Shown here piece after piece: positions 23,570 through 36,698 of a stretch of DNA of 64,000 nucleotides (within the stretch, counting starts at the first letter, position 1; every line of letters starts with the position of its first letter). The DNA is from Octopus sinensis (lineage: Eukaryota), in contig NC_043011.1 of NCBI RefSeq assembly GCF_006345805.1, positions 26,548,464 through 26,612,463 of the forward strand, written 5' to 3'. The position numbers and the translations under genes are program-made. The notes under the pieces were generated by a model. The model saw nothing but the letters and a program-made list of their open reading frames with translations. It was not told the DNA's origin and ran no database searches.

Positions 23570-24090
23570 TGTGTATACACACACACACACACATACGCAC
23601 ACATACCTCCCACATACACAACACACACTCATACATACACGCACGCACAAATAGGGATGTACATATACTCCACACACACAATCCCCCCACACATATACAC
23701 ACACGCACATGCACACACACGCACGCACACAAGAATGCACATATATCTAACACACACACGTACACACAACTACACGCACACAGACACACACAACACACAC
23801 TCATACGTACTCGCATGCAATTACACATACATGGGTATATACATACACGCACACATACTCCACACACACAATCCCACACATACATACACCCACACACACG
23901 CACATTCACACATACATACACCCACACACACGCGCGCACAGAGAAACATGCACACACTACACACAAAACACGCGCACAACATATACATACACGGACACAC
24001 GTACATACACACGCACGTACATACTTCAAACTGCCGGTCAAACACCTTTCTATTGACCATTCCTCTACGCACATGTGAAGAGACACACAA
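23570..24090. repeat. Degenerate (CA)n-rich simple repeat
   Basis: Cryptic CA/CAT/CAC repeats; source of the His/Thr- and Cys/Val-rich ORFs. Confidence 0.9.
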
Positions 24091-24364
24091 CTACACAAAA
24101 AGACCACCACTCTTGCTGCCTTGCTACTGAATTCTTCCTATAACATTAAGCAACATAATGTTCACTCACACATACACATATAAACAGCCAAAATCACAGA
24201 CACATACGCACACACTTGCTATTACACACATACACACACACAGACTTGCTCGCTCGCAAATACCCACACATACACACACATACCTCCTTCTCTTACACTC
24301 TCCTGTCTTAGAATGAACTTTTTCTTCACCCATTCCCTTTCGGTCATTTAAAAATGTAGCTGGC

Positions 24365-24600
24365 TGAAGGCGGCAAGCTGGCAGAAACGTTAGCACACCA
24401 GGCGAAATGCATAGCCGTATTTCGTCTGCCGTTACGTTCTGAGTTCAAATTCCGCCGAGGTCGACTTTGCCTTTCATCCTTTCGGGGTCGATAAATTAAG
24501 TACTAGTTACGCACTGGGGGTCGATGTAATCGACTTGATCCGTTTGTCTGTCCTTGTTTGTCCTCCCCTCTGTGTTTAGCCCCTTGTGGGTAGTAAAGAA
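24365..24600 (+). mobile_element. SINE family B
   Basis: Alignment to 17700-17930. Confidence 0.85.
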
Positions 24601-24632
24601 ATACATTTAAAAATGTAACCACATGTCAATCA

Positions 24633-24811
24633 TTGGCGATTTTCTTCCTCGTCTTCCTTTCTATTGGATTTTCCTCTGTTTCTGAAGAAGAGCGTTGCTC
24701 GAAACGTTAAACCATCTTTCTGTCTTTCCCTGAGCTCTGCTAACACTTTTTCAATACCACATCCTCGCGTTGTTGTGGCTATTTTGGGTTTGTTCTGGTT
24801 TTTGGATTTAC
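24633..24811 (+). mobile_element. Short hammerhead-bearing repeat (Penelope pLTR/retrozyme-like), copy 1
   Basis: Homologous to 41867-42056; ends in (TA)n; contains CTGAAGA-hairpin-GAAACGT. Confidence 0.65.
24677..24713 (+). ncRNA. Minimal type-I hammerhead ribozyme motif
   Basis: tgttt-CTGAAGA-a-gagc(gtt)gctc-GAA-ACGT-T-aaacc: stem I 4 bp, stem II 4 bp, palindromic helix III ACGU, GUU triplet. Confidence 0.62.
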
Positions 24812-26636
24812 TATATATATATATATATATATAATATATATATATATATTATATATATATATTATATATATATTATATATAATACACATGCCCGAAATGA
24901 GGAGTAGATAGATGACAATTGATGAAGGGTCCTTTCTCTGTGTTTACTGTCCGCTTTCCATTGTTCCATTTTTTTTTTCGTGTTTTACGTATTTCAATCG
25001 TTTATTTACGTATTCATGTACTTGCCACAGTTGGTGACGTCCTGTACCCATATATGCATGTATACATCTCTCTATATAAAACTGAAATGCGTTTTTACCG
25101 CTTGGATCGCTTTCAATGACACTACATCCAGTCCGATTCGCTCCAAAATTTACAGGGACATGTAAAATGAGGTGACGATGCCCGTGGGCTACCTTACAAA
25201 TCCCTATCTTAAAACGTGTGGTTGCTAGGGGCCATCTTCCTCACTCACGCTATTTCCTCCATTCCCCTCTAACTCCCCTTCAATTATAACTTTGACAATT
25301 CCACTCCCGTTATTTAATGTATCTGCCTTCCTCAACTCACTCTCGCTATTTCCTCTCTTCCCAGCACATTTTCACTCACTCTATTTCTTACCTTCCCATA
25401 ACTTTTACTCATGTATCTGTCTGCATTCATGGAGAGAAACAAATATTCCATCGCCATCGCATTCTATTGTCTACCTGTCAACGCGCCGATCGACCAAATA
25501 CAAACAGAACATAGTGATAACGTAGGTTTTTCGTATCTATTACATTTTAACATTTATTTAGAACCCTGCAAATTTTTCGTGCTAAATTTTCATTTTTTAC
25601 TACTTTATTATTTTTTTTAATTGATTTTCTTTTATTAACATTAATTCTAATTGTCCTGGATCAACAGTTCGTTCCTCGAGGATATGGAAATTCTATTACC
25701 CGTCAAGAAATAACTCCAACAGCTCACAACTATTTCAACAAGACAAGGTTACCTACTTACCAGTCGAATTCAGCGTCAACGCTCACGTATGAGAGACTCC
25801 AACACCACACACACACACACACATATATATATACATATATTATATAATGTGTGCATTATTGGTCGGTTGAGCTGAAAATATGCACACCTATGTTAAAAGT
25901 GCTGGCAAGTTTGCATGACAACTATTATTTCCTCAAATGAAGGCCGTGACCTCTAGGACAAAATTCCTCATCTTATAAATGTGGCCCCAGTAGACCCGAA
26001 TGAAATCGGGTTATATTAACCAAAATGTGAAAAGGGTCTAAATGGGGCTGAAGGGATTAAAAATTAAAGGAGCGGGTGTTTAGCAATTCTCTGTTACATC
26101 AAGCTAAAAAATTTGCGCTAGCCTTTTAATCGTCAATGTGTTGCCGTCCATAATGAAGAAGTTTTGATGTTTGCCATCGTGAGTCTACTGTTGTGAGAAA
26201 GAATCAATTCAAAACTTGGTGTTTAGGATTTTTCTTTTACATCAAGTTCAAAATTTTACGCCAGCCGTTAAACTGTCAATACGTTGCTGTCCGTCGTTAA
26301 GAAATGCCAGCCATGGTGACTCTACTATCCTCAAATTTTATCCCTTCAAACTTTGGTTTCCAATATTTTATTATTTTTATTCAGCTCGCAAATTAGTCTG
26401 TCCCTTTTAAATGTTAGTGTTTTGCTGTCTGCCTTGAAGCAGACCTTTCCGTTGTTACTGCCTGATATTTATGATTGATCTTTCTAAATATTTTATTTCT
26501 CAACTTACTCAAGATCTTTTGTTGTTTATAAATGGGAGAGAGAGAGAGAGAAAGATAGAGAGTAAGAGAAAGCGAGGGAGAGTCCGAGAGAAAGGAAGAG
26601 TAACAGAGTGGGAAAGTGAGAGAGAAGGAGGGAGAA

Positions 26637-26945
26637 TCATCATCATCATCGTTTAACGTCCGTTTTCCGTGCTAGCACGGGTTGGACAGTTTGACCGGGG
26701 TCTGGGAAGACAGGAGGCTGCACCAGGCTCCAGTCTGATCTGGCAGTGTTTCTACAGGTGGATGCCCTTCCTAACGCCAACCACTCTGTGAGCCTAGTGG
26801 GTGCTTTTTTCGTGCCGCCGGCACAGGTGCCAGGGGGGCCGGCAGCGGCCACGATAGGTTGGTGCTTTTTACATGCCACCAGCACAGAAGCCAGTCAAGG
26901 CGGCGCTGCAATCCGCCACGTTCGGATGGTGCTTTTTACGTGCTG
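26637..26945 (-). mobile_element. Retroposon family C, young copy
   Basis: Reverse complement closely matches 2060-2306. Confidence 0.82.
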
Positions 26946-27429
26946 AAAGGAAGCAACAGAAAGTAACAACCACACTCTTACCCGCGTGTAGAGCGGGTCA
27001 CCTTCAGCTAGTCTATAATATAAATTGGACATGGGCGATCGTTGTATTCTTTCTTGTCTTGAGGTTCACAGCCAAACGGCTGGGTGGATTCGCTTGAAAA
27101 ATGGCACACATGTGCAAACAGGCGCATAGATTGGAATGCAGTTTGTATTGTTTTCCTAGCCCCCATAGTTACCGAGAAAATCGATTAAAACTTTTTCCAA
27201 TTGATCCCCCCCTTGTTCCGCTATTAAAACAACCAGTTGCTCACACAGCCGGCATATATCATTTCGCTAGCAACAAGGGGAGTACAGGATGACAGTCAGC
27301 CAAAACTTTCGCTATGCTGTCTCTCTTCTTTTACCTCTTTGTCGGATTAATAATCTTAATCTTTAGTTATAGTTTCTCATTCAAACTACATTCTGCGACA
27401 AGTAAAGACTGATGTCAATAATTTTTTTA

Positions 27430-27725
27430 TCTTTTATCTTTTACTTGTTTCTATCATTAGATTGCGGCCATGCTGGGGGCACCACTTTCAAGAATTTTAG
27501 TGGAACGAATCTACCTCAGTGCATATTTATAATTTTTCTTTCAAGCCTTCTACTTGTTCTATCGGCTTGTTTTGCCGAACCGCTAAGTTACGTGCACATG
27601 AACACAACAATACCGGTTGTCAAGCGGTGGTAGAGAACAAAGACAGACGCAAACACACAGACACACACACACACGCACACACACACACACACACACGCGC
27701 ACACACACACACACACACACACATG
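27430..27725 (-). mobile_element. SINE family A, 3' half
   Basis: Alignment to family A. Confidence 0.75.
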
Positions 27726-27759
27726 ATTGTTTGCTATATAGGTCTTTGACTATTTCTGC

Positions 27760-28380
27760 CTTGCTTTAAACATTGCTGTGATAAGAATAATTTTTACACG
27801 ACGCTCCTAGACATCCTTCAAATTTTGATTCACTTCAAACGTGCATACGTGTTGCTCGTTCGACTGAACGTAACTTCACTACTACAGACTATAGATCAAG
27901 GAGTTATTTCCGTTTTCAAACCATATTATCTGCGAAGAAATTTTAAGTCAGTTGATTACAGCAACTGATGATAAACACCAGTTCATCAAAAAATACTACT
28001 ACTACTACTAATAATAATAATGATAATAATAATAATTTTCAACTAGCAATAACGTTGCCTCGGATAACCCTCATTGGCTAGGAAAATTACATTACGCAAC
28101 TATTAAAAAAAAAGTAATACAGATGCATGGGAAAAAGTTAAATATAGGTGTCGTTATGATTTGGAAAGAACTACGCCCAAATGTACAAAAATAAAAAAAT
28201 AAATAAATTACATAGCGTCATAGGATGTAGGATAAAGCAGTCGCAATAAACGATAGCCTTGAACAAATGGTGCAGGCAATGGGATTTCAAGATGATTCAG
28301 ATAATATTCAAGATTTATTGCATGCCTGTAACGAGATCCTTAACTAAACAAAATGCAAATGTCTGTTTCAGATAATGAAG
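27760..28380 (+). mobile_element. Tigger/pogo-like transposase relic
   Basis: 27864-27960 translates LNVTSLLQTIDQGVISVFKPYYLRRNF (pogo motif PNTTSL.QP.DQGVI..FK.YY); downstream WEKV..IWKELRP and GFQDDSDNIQDLL remnants. Confidence 0.75.
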
Positions 28381-28428
28381 AACAGTATATTTTTTTTTTT
28401 ATTGTTTGCATCAAATTTGGTCCAAAGG

Positions 28429-28465
<37 letters not shown>

Positions 28466-28540
28466 CAGCGTGGAAGGTGTTTATAAGCCATTTAAGAAAC
28501 ACATAAAAACCGTTAGATTCACTTCAACATTTAAATTTAA

Positions 28541-28591
28541 TTTGTCAAAATATTTTCGTCGCTTTGAGACCGCGACACGTTCACTGACAAA
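28541..28591 (-). ncRNA. Hammerhead-like motif with a G3:C8 core variant
   Basis: Minus strand tttgtca-GTGAACG-t-gtcgc(ggtctcaaa)gcgac-GAA-AATATT-T-tgacaaa. Confidence 0.45.
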
Positions 28592-29597
28592 ATTCTGTGC
28601 TTCCACGCTGCAATTGTTTTCGTTCCAGCACACGATATCAGATCAGGTCACTTGCTATGCAAGTACATCTCCTATATAAATGAATAAATAAATATATATA
28701 TATATTCTACAGAAAATAAGGAATTCTTGAATGTATACTGGATGTAAAAACAGCTTAGAAAATTGGGTAAATACCCTTTAGAAGACGGTAAAATGGCCAG
28801 TAAGCATCTACAGAGAATCGCTCGAATCCTGTATATATCCCTCTCATATATATATGTAACGATGGAATTTATTTTTGTATCGGTTGAAATTTAATTGTGA
28901 CGGCATGTTGTAGATGTGAAAGATGAACAATGCATGAAGTTTGAAGGAAATATTTATTTTTACGGTTACATTATACAATACCTTACCTCGTCGAGCAGGT
29001 GATGAAATCCAAAAGCATGCGAAGTAAAGATAGGTGTAGATTTTCCTTGCATAGTTTGTGTTTGTGTTCTTGTCATTGTTTAGTTGTAATTACAAAGAGA
29101 GATAGAATGATGTTGTAAGAGAACAGAATTGGAGCTAGTGAGAGAGTGTGGGACGTAGTTTTCCTTTTTCCTTCTGACCGTTTTGTCTGCCTGCTTCCAT
29201 GATTCTAGTGGTCGGTTCACTAACTGATGATAGCTCTCTCTCAACTCACGACTAACTGGTTGAGTCGTCACCAAGTGACTAACTGGTTTTGCTTGAGGTT
29301 CTTGCTTTTATAACTATCCAGAAGGACAGACGTATCGTTGAGAACAATGGGCTTCGTTAGTGGTACTGTGATATCTCTATTCTAGCTTTTGGTGAAGTAG
29401 AAGAGGTTATAAGGGTCAAGTGGTGAAGACATTATTTCGGCCTAGCTAAAGGCAATCTGGAAAATGTAAAACTGCTGTCAGAGAAAAACCATTGTTCCAC
29501 CGTGGGAAAAGCTCTGTTGAAGTGTTAATTTAAATTTGGTTATGGTGGATCGAATCCACTTCATACCTGCAAGATTCACTACATACATACACACACG

Positions 29598-29664
<67 letters not shown>

Positions 29665-29667
<3 letters not shown>

Positions 29668-30345
29668 GGTGTTCGGACTAAATTTGACGATTTTTATGTC
29701 TCCTTTTTTCAAGAACAGTTTGATGTGTTGGTGAATACTTAATCAATAGTGCTAGGGTCAAAGTTATAGTTGAGAAAAAGTTGGCTGACACGGAAGACTG
29801 GAAGCCATCTGAATATTGGAAGAGAATTACTTGTATTACGATGATTTGCACTGGATATCAAAATGCCAACAACATGATTGATGCTCAATGTTCTGTGAGC
29901 ACTATAAAGACTGTAAGACCTGACATTATGAAAAGCAAGTTACCCCAAACTATGATGGACTTTGGGTGTGTCTCCAATAAGAGCGACGTCATGCCGTACC
30001 ACATCTTTCAACGGGGCCTTAGATTCAATTCAGACAGCTATGTGAAGCTACTGGAGACTGTGATGAAACCCTGCCTGGAGAGGGTTGGTGTTGAAAGGCC
30101 ATATGTGCGACAACAGGGTTCGGTTCGTTACCATCCCTCCGGAAAAAGTCAAATGTAGTTGTCGGAGAATTTCGACGATTTCCCCAGCCCCAAATACTAG
30201 CACCCTAATTCCCCTGATTTTAATCCTGTGGATTACTATGTGAGGGATGCGGTTGAAAAAAGACACCAATCGCTCTTCCTGCAATATGAAGGCCGAGCAG
30301 GTGGCCCAGATTAAGGTGTTCGAAAGTTTTCCCAGCACACAGTGT
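29665..30345 (+). mobile_element. Tc1/mariner-superfamily relic, same family as 11715-12185
   Basis: TIR-like tagggtgttcggactaaatttgacg; MPYHIFQRGLRFNSDSYVKLLETVMKP...RPYVRQQGS; PNSPDFNPVDYYV remnant. Confidence 0.8.
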
Positions 30346-30363
30346 TTTCATGTTTGGATTAAC

Positions 30364-30399
<36 letters not shown>

Positions 30400-30619
30400 C
30401 ATGTATGTATGTATATATATATACATAAATACATGCATACATATTATCCGAAATACGGTATTATATATCCACCACCACTGATCTTACCAATCGGTTTCGC
30501 GCAGGGATTACAATGGAGTGCTACGTAACAATCCGATTAAATAACTTTACGCTCATCAGAGTTAGCCGATATGGAAGGGAGCATATGTATATATATATAT
30601 ATATGTTTGTGTGTGTACT

Positions 30620-30850
30620 CTTTTTTCTTTTATTCTTTTACTTGTTTCAGTCATTTGACTGCAGCCATGTTGGAGCACCGCCTTTAGTCGGACAAATCGA
30701 CCACGGGACTTATTCTTTGTAAGCTTAATACTTATCCTATAGGTCTCTTTTATCGAACTGCTAAGTTATGGGGACGTAAACAACCCAACATCGGTTGTCA
30801 AGCGATGGTGGGGACAAACACAGACACACAAATACATAATACATACATAT

Positions 30851-30915
<65 letters not shown>

Positions 30916-31058
30916 GACAGGCTTCTTCAGTTTCCGTCTACCAAATCCACTCACAAGCCCGAGGCTATAGTAGAAGACACTTACCCAACGTTCCACGCAG
31001 TGGGACTGAACCCCAAACCATGAAGTTGGGAAGCAAGCTTCTTACCACACAGCTACTC

Positions 31059-31065
<7 letters not shown>
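30620..31065 (-). mobile_element. SINE family A, full-length
   Basis: Alignment to family A. Confidence 0.88.
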
Positions 31066-31097
<32 letters not shown>

Positions 31098-31499
31098 TGA
31101 GTGCGCGCGCGCGCATCGGTATTTCGGTTTGTCTGTGCGTGTGCATGGATATGAATATCCTTTTACAACTGCAGAGCAGAATGATCCTACTTTGGGGGTG
31201 GGGGTGGATGGTAGTGCAAAGACAAATTGAACACATTTCAATAAGCTTTATTATATTGGCTGATTTACTACTCGACTTCACAAGAGCATATATATATCTG
31301 AGATTGCATACAACAGAAGACATTTCATACGCATTTTCATCGCAAGCATCTGGATAACTGACGCCAACATTTAGGAAAATGAATAATTGAAACAACAAAT
31401 TTATTGTTACAAAGGCCTATCCCATTAAATTGCACTTTTTTTTTCATTATCGATTTACCAATCGATACAATCATGCTATCTGTCTATTGTTATGATTAA

Positions 31500-31925
31500 T
31501 CTATCATCTTTTACTTGTTTCAGTCATTGTACTACGGCCATGCTGGAGCAAGGCCTTGAAGGGGTTTTGTCGAACAAATCGACTTCGGTATTTATGATTT
31601 TTTTTTTTATAAGCGTGGTACTTATTCTATCGTCCTCTATTGCCGAACTGCTAAGTTACGGGGAGGTAAACAATCCAACAATCCTTGCCGATCGAGGCTA
31701 GGGGGACAAATATAACACACAACCATACACCCACACATATATAATTATACATACATACACAACGAACTTTCAAAGTTTCTGTCTAGTGTATCCACCCACA
31801 AAACTTTAGTCGGCCCAGTACAAAATTAGAAGATACTAGCCCAAGGTACCACACAGTGGGACTGAACTCAAGACCACTTCGTTGGGAAGCAAACTGTTTA
31901 ACCACACAGCCACGCCTGCACCTAT
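31500..31925 (-). mobile_element. SINE family A, older copy
   Basis: Alignment to family A. Confidence 0.75.
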
Positions 31926-32367
31926 GCTTATAAATAGCACTAGCACGCAAGGAAAAAAAATAGTAGCTTAAACACTAGGTTGTCTTTTGTCTTTTTTGAC
32001 CAAGCTTAGTCACTAAGGGTGTAATTTTAATCAATTAAAACTTGGCTTCTTACTGCATGTATGCTAGCGCTTACTTTACTGCTAAGTTTTTATGCAGTAG
32101 ATGTCTCTACGTCCTCCTTCACCCAGCCTGCTATCATTTTATTGAAACATAACTATCTCGTAGTTGTTTTACTGCAATAGGTATGTCCATGTGAACATCT
32201 AAGTTCCTTGATTTTTAACTTTCAGTATTCCAATTAGTAATTTGACAAAATTAGCTTGCACTACCCACCGTTATATTGTTACTTTTTGTTTTCTTCTTTC
32301 AAGAATTGATTATTTCGAGTCATACAATGTTTATGACAGGTTAATAATAACAACAATGATGATGATG

Positions 32368-32425
<58 letters not shown>

Positions 32426-32427
<2 letters not shown>

Positions 32428-32825
32428 GCTGTGTGGTAAGTAGCTTGTTTACCAACCACATGGTTCCGGGTTCAGTCCCACTGCGTGGCACCTTGGGCAA
32501 GTGTCTTCTACTATAGCCTCGGGCCGACCAAAGCCTTGTGAGTGGATTTGGTAGACGGAAACTGAAAGAAGCCCGTCGTATATATGTACATATATGCGTG
32601 TGTGTGTTTGTGTGTCTGTGTTTGTCACCCTAGCATTGCTTAACAACCGATGCTGGTGTGTTTATGTCCCCGTTACTTAGCGGTTCGGCAAAAGAGACCG
32701 ATAGAATAAGTACTGGGCTTACAAAAGAATAAGTCCCGGTGTCGAGTTGCTCGATTAAAGGCGGTGCTCCAGCATGGCCACAGTCAAATGACTGAAACAA
32801 GTAAAAGAGTAAAGAGTAAAGAGTA
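32426..32825 (+). mobile_element. SINE family A, full-length
   Basis: Alignment to family A. Confidence 0.9.
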
Positions 32826-33102
32826 ATAAATATATTCTGAAGCTTGAATAACGAAATATACAACGTTTATACTTACGAACATCAATAACACTGCTTAATT
32901 GCCGAATAAAATTTTATGAGATAGCAAAGCAAACACAAACCGCATCAAAAGAATTATGCAGCAACCATCTAGCAACTGCGTTTGCAACAGAGTGGTGAAG
33001 GTTTATCTTTATTAAATAGATAAGTTTATTTAATGGTCTTAAGAATGTCTTTAACGTAGAAAATATGATCTCATAGATAGCACCTTAGCAAATTTAAACA
33101 CT

Positions 33103-33496
33103 ACTAGCAGTATCGCCCGGCGTTGCTCGGGTTTGTTTTGACCCCTTAGAATTGGAATTTTTGAAAAGTAAATATTTTGCATTATGTAGCTTGTTATTCT
33201 CTTTAAGTGAACATTTTTCTCGTTGAAATACACCGAAAAATGGCGACACTGCAGTAAAAAAATCGTAAAAGATAGGGATCTTCATAGAAAAAAAGCACCT
33301 TTTTGATGTAAATAATTTTTGGTGTTAACATGGTCCAATTTGAATTTTATCTTCTACGGAATGAAGAGCAAGCCTTCTTCTATCATACTCTTAATTTTGG
33401 TCAACTTGCGCCGCAGGGTCTCGGAGGAGAAAGTGTTAGTTGAAGGCTACCAAACCTGCCACACACAGACAACTTCAGCTTTATATGTATAGAGAT
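33103..33496 (+). mobile_element. Helentron/HINE-like element with the same termini and a different interior
   Basis: actagcagtatcgcccggcgttgctcgggtttgt ... cacacagacaacttcagctttatatgtatagagat. Confidence 0.62.
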
Positions 33497-33899
33497 TTTA
33501 ATACTTTCTCAACGCTTCCATTATCATCAACTTTCCTACCTTGTAGTTTTTTTCTTGTTACAGGCGTTGCGCAAACATTTAACTTTTAATAGCTAACGAC
33601 TGGATTTATCCAGCTCTATATAGGTGCAGTAGGTGGTGCAATTCTCTGTTGTATGTAGTAAAATAGGATTTAAAAAAAGGACTTGTTGGCCTGGCTAACA
33701 GAAGAACTGCAATATCCAGTGAAAGATTCATCGTGTATCTGCTAAACAGATGAGAAATCAAATTTTCTTAGAGCATAAGTACTAGGGTGATTGAGATTTG
33801 GGAATGAATTATAGAGAATCAGTTAATTTCGTTTGCGGTGCTGAGTTCAACAGAGCAAGTCTTCCCTATGGAAGACCATTTCGGAGTATTCTAGTCCAG

Positions 33900-34760
33900 A
33901 ATTTTTTCTTTTGCATTTCAACATAACGGCTGAGTCTTCAATGGTATTCCAACGACACAATAGAGTTACGGATCTAACCAACAGTCATTTCAAAGCTATA
34001 CAGAAAAGAGCAGCGACGTTCTACAACTAGGAGATGAAGATGAAAGCAATTTCAGAACATTAAACGAACGACCTGATGAAGTGGAAAATGTTCCCCATTC
34101 AACCTTACATTTTGTAATTTTTATATAAACAACCTGAAAAACCGTACTGCGCTGCTTTAAACAATAGACGTCTTGTTAGCTATCAATCATGATTTTACAA
34201 ATACCTTTTATGCCAAACACACATGTATTTCAAGACGCATAATTACATTACAAAAGTTGAGTTTCCTTTCAGGACTAGAAATTATTTTACCTCTGACGAG
34301 CCAAAATATTGTCCTTTTTGTGACCGCTCGATTTACTAGAAATAGCTTTAAAAAATCCCCTTAATAACCAATATTACTCAACTGAAATAGTCAACCTGAC
34401 AAAAACCAAGATCCACTTCAACCGTAACGTGCAAACATCACATACAATAGAAACAGAACTCATTGTGGAACATTTTCTAAACCTTGAAAATCCAACCGAA
34501 GCAGTTTAATATAGACCTATCAGATTCTTATTTCCACTCTATGAAATTCAAGTTCGACTCATCTCTGATATCACAACACAATTTTCTATCCTAGTTAGAT
34601 TAAGCTACTTCACCAACACACTACTTACAAACAATACACAAAAATTACATCATAATTTCACCAAAGAAAAAATCCAAAGCAAGACCATACACGCACAATT
34701 CTAACTACTGTCGACGTCAATAAGGTATTTGAATTAATTTGTCGTATCAGCTTATAAAGA
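33900..34760 (+). mobile_element. Second degenerate Penelope-like RT relic
   Basis: PFNLTFCNFYINNLKN at about 34093-34140 and IDVLLAIN remnant of YVDD.L. Confidence 0.45.
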
Positions 34761-35351
34761 AAATATTTCTTAACACTTCCTTAAGAAACAGTACACAATG
34801 CCAGCCAGCCAACCATTTATCAAGCCGCCAAGACTGTCTACTATACAATATCTTGAATCTGAAAACTCCCACAGTACCTTAAGGATCTGTCCTCCTTCCC
34901 TTCCTTTTAATTCATACATGAACGACTTGATAATACATTTTAAAACCATATATATTATACAGCTCCGCACGGAGATTATGTAAGTTACATTACTCGACGA
35001 CTCATCACGTGCTGTTGTATAACGACTCCCACGTCTATTTTGCCTTCATAAAAAACATCAAATAAATAAAACACTAACCGAATCTACTCTCTCTTCTGAT
35101 TTAGCGACGGCGCTTCTACGCAGTTGCTCAACTTGTTAAAAATAATATCCAAATCTTCCTTCAAATTACACTCTACCATATTAAACAAGGAAAGTACACA
35201 TTAGATAATGTAGTCTTACATATCTCTAAAAAGAAGGAATATTAAGGGGCTGGAATACCTTTGATCATACGTTTGATTGATCAGAGGTGATTTGGGGGAA
35301 CTAAACAACTACAATCATATACTGGCTGATTCTCCAAGTAAGCTTCTATGC

Positions 35352-35496
35352 CAGTCATGGCCAACCTGCGGCCCGCGAGACTTTCTGAATGGTACGCCAA
35401 ATGAAAAATTATGACGAGTGTTTTAGTTGTGCGGCCCGCCTGATGATTAGTTATGTTTCGTGCGGCCTGCTTCTCGAAAAAGGTTGCCCATGCTAG
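35352..35496. mobile_element. hAT/Charlie-like MITE
   Basis: Ends cagtcatggccaacct / aggttgcccatgctag; internal GCGGCCCGC repeats; no intact TSD seen. Confidence 0.6.
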
Positions 35497-35713
35497 CTCC
35501 ATTCGGTCGCTCAACCTTCTGGAAATATTAGCTCAAATTCCATCAAATTACACTTAACTGTCTTAAAATACACTGTCTGAACGAAAAATATGGTCACGGT
35601 TGGAACGCCCTTGATTATAGGTTTACTTAAGCAATACTGACATGGAACTAAACAATAAACAAGATAAACAAATGCACGAATTTACGTGACATTTGTCAAT
35701 ATTTTAGATAGAT

Positions 35714-35900
35714 AAGGCGGCGAGCTGTTAGAGATGTTAACACGCCGGGCAAAATGCTTTCGTGTGTTTTTCGTTCTGAATTCAAATTCCGCCGAGGTCG
35801 ACTTTGCCTTTTATCCTTTCGGAGTCGATAAATTAAGTACTAGTTGCGTACTAGGGTCGATCTAACCGACTGACCCCCTCCCCAAAAATTATGGCCTTGT
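35714..35900 (+). mobile_element. SINE family B
   Basis: Alignment to 17700-17930. Confidence 0.8.
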
Positions 35901-36050
35901 GCAGATAGATAAATGAATAGGTGTGTGAGAAGAGAGAAATATAAAGAAGAGGAGAGAGGGAGAGAAAGCCATAAAGAGAATGGGTGAATGGTATAATATC
36001 CAAGCCTACAGAATATGATGATTTTAGAGGTTACAGATATAAGGCTATCA

Positions 36051-36217
36051 GGCGATCTTTCGTCTCTAGTAGACCTTTCCGTCGATTTCCGTAAAAAAAT
36101 TTTATTTTTTTTACATATGGGCTTGCGGGAACTTTTGAAGTAATGAGAGCGAAAGAGACTAAGAGAAAGCGATTGTATGACGAGGGAAGTTCTTTTCAAG
36201 TTACCGTGCACACCCCA

Positions 36218-36250
<33 letters not shown>

Positions 36251-36453
36251 ACACACACACACACGCACACACACACATGTACATCAATGCTTCCCATGCA
36301 CGGTAACTTCAAAAGAACTTCCCTCGTCATACAATCGCTTTCTCTTAATCTCTTTCGCTCTCATTACTTCAAAAGTTCCCGCAAGCCCATATGTAAAAAA
36401 AAAAAAATTTTACGGAAATCGACGGAAAGGTCTACTATAGACGAAAGATCGCC
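36051..36453. mobile_element. Foldback MITE with about 160-bp TIRs and an 8-bp TSD (Merlin-like)
   Basis: Arms 36051-36210 and 36297-36453 are near-perfect inverted repeats; ggctatca at 36043-36050 and 36454-36461; termini GGCGA...TCGCC. Confidence 0.8.
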
Positions 36454-36698
36454 GGCTATCAAATTCGTACGAGACATTTTACGTATACTCCATTTTAATG
36501 CAGTTTTTACATATCTCACAGCTTCCTATATCAGAGGCCGCAAATCTCGCTTTGGCATGTTGCTATTCTCGCTTTTCGCTGCCAGGACGATTTCCGTCTC
36601 CTTCCGATATAAATATCGTTCTTAAACACAGTACATTTATAAAAGACTTTTTATCTGGGACGAAAGTTGCAGTAACTCACCTATTAACGGTGTATATA

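Noticed and set aside
23488-24130. 150-196 aa His/Thr- or Cys/Val-rich ORFs
   Set aside because: Degenerate (CA)n repeat read on both strands.
29235-29290. Short direct repeat gactaactggtt twice
   Set aside because: Only 12 bp, with no LTR, PBS or other supporting structure.
34985-35015. gTGATGAgtcgtcga on the minus strand near the Penelope relic as a fourth hammerhead
   Set aside because: No GAAA after stem II and no stem I; at best a decayed remnant.
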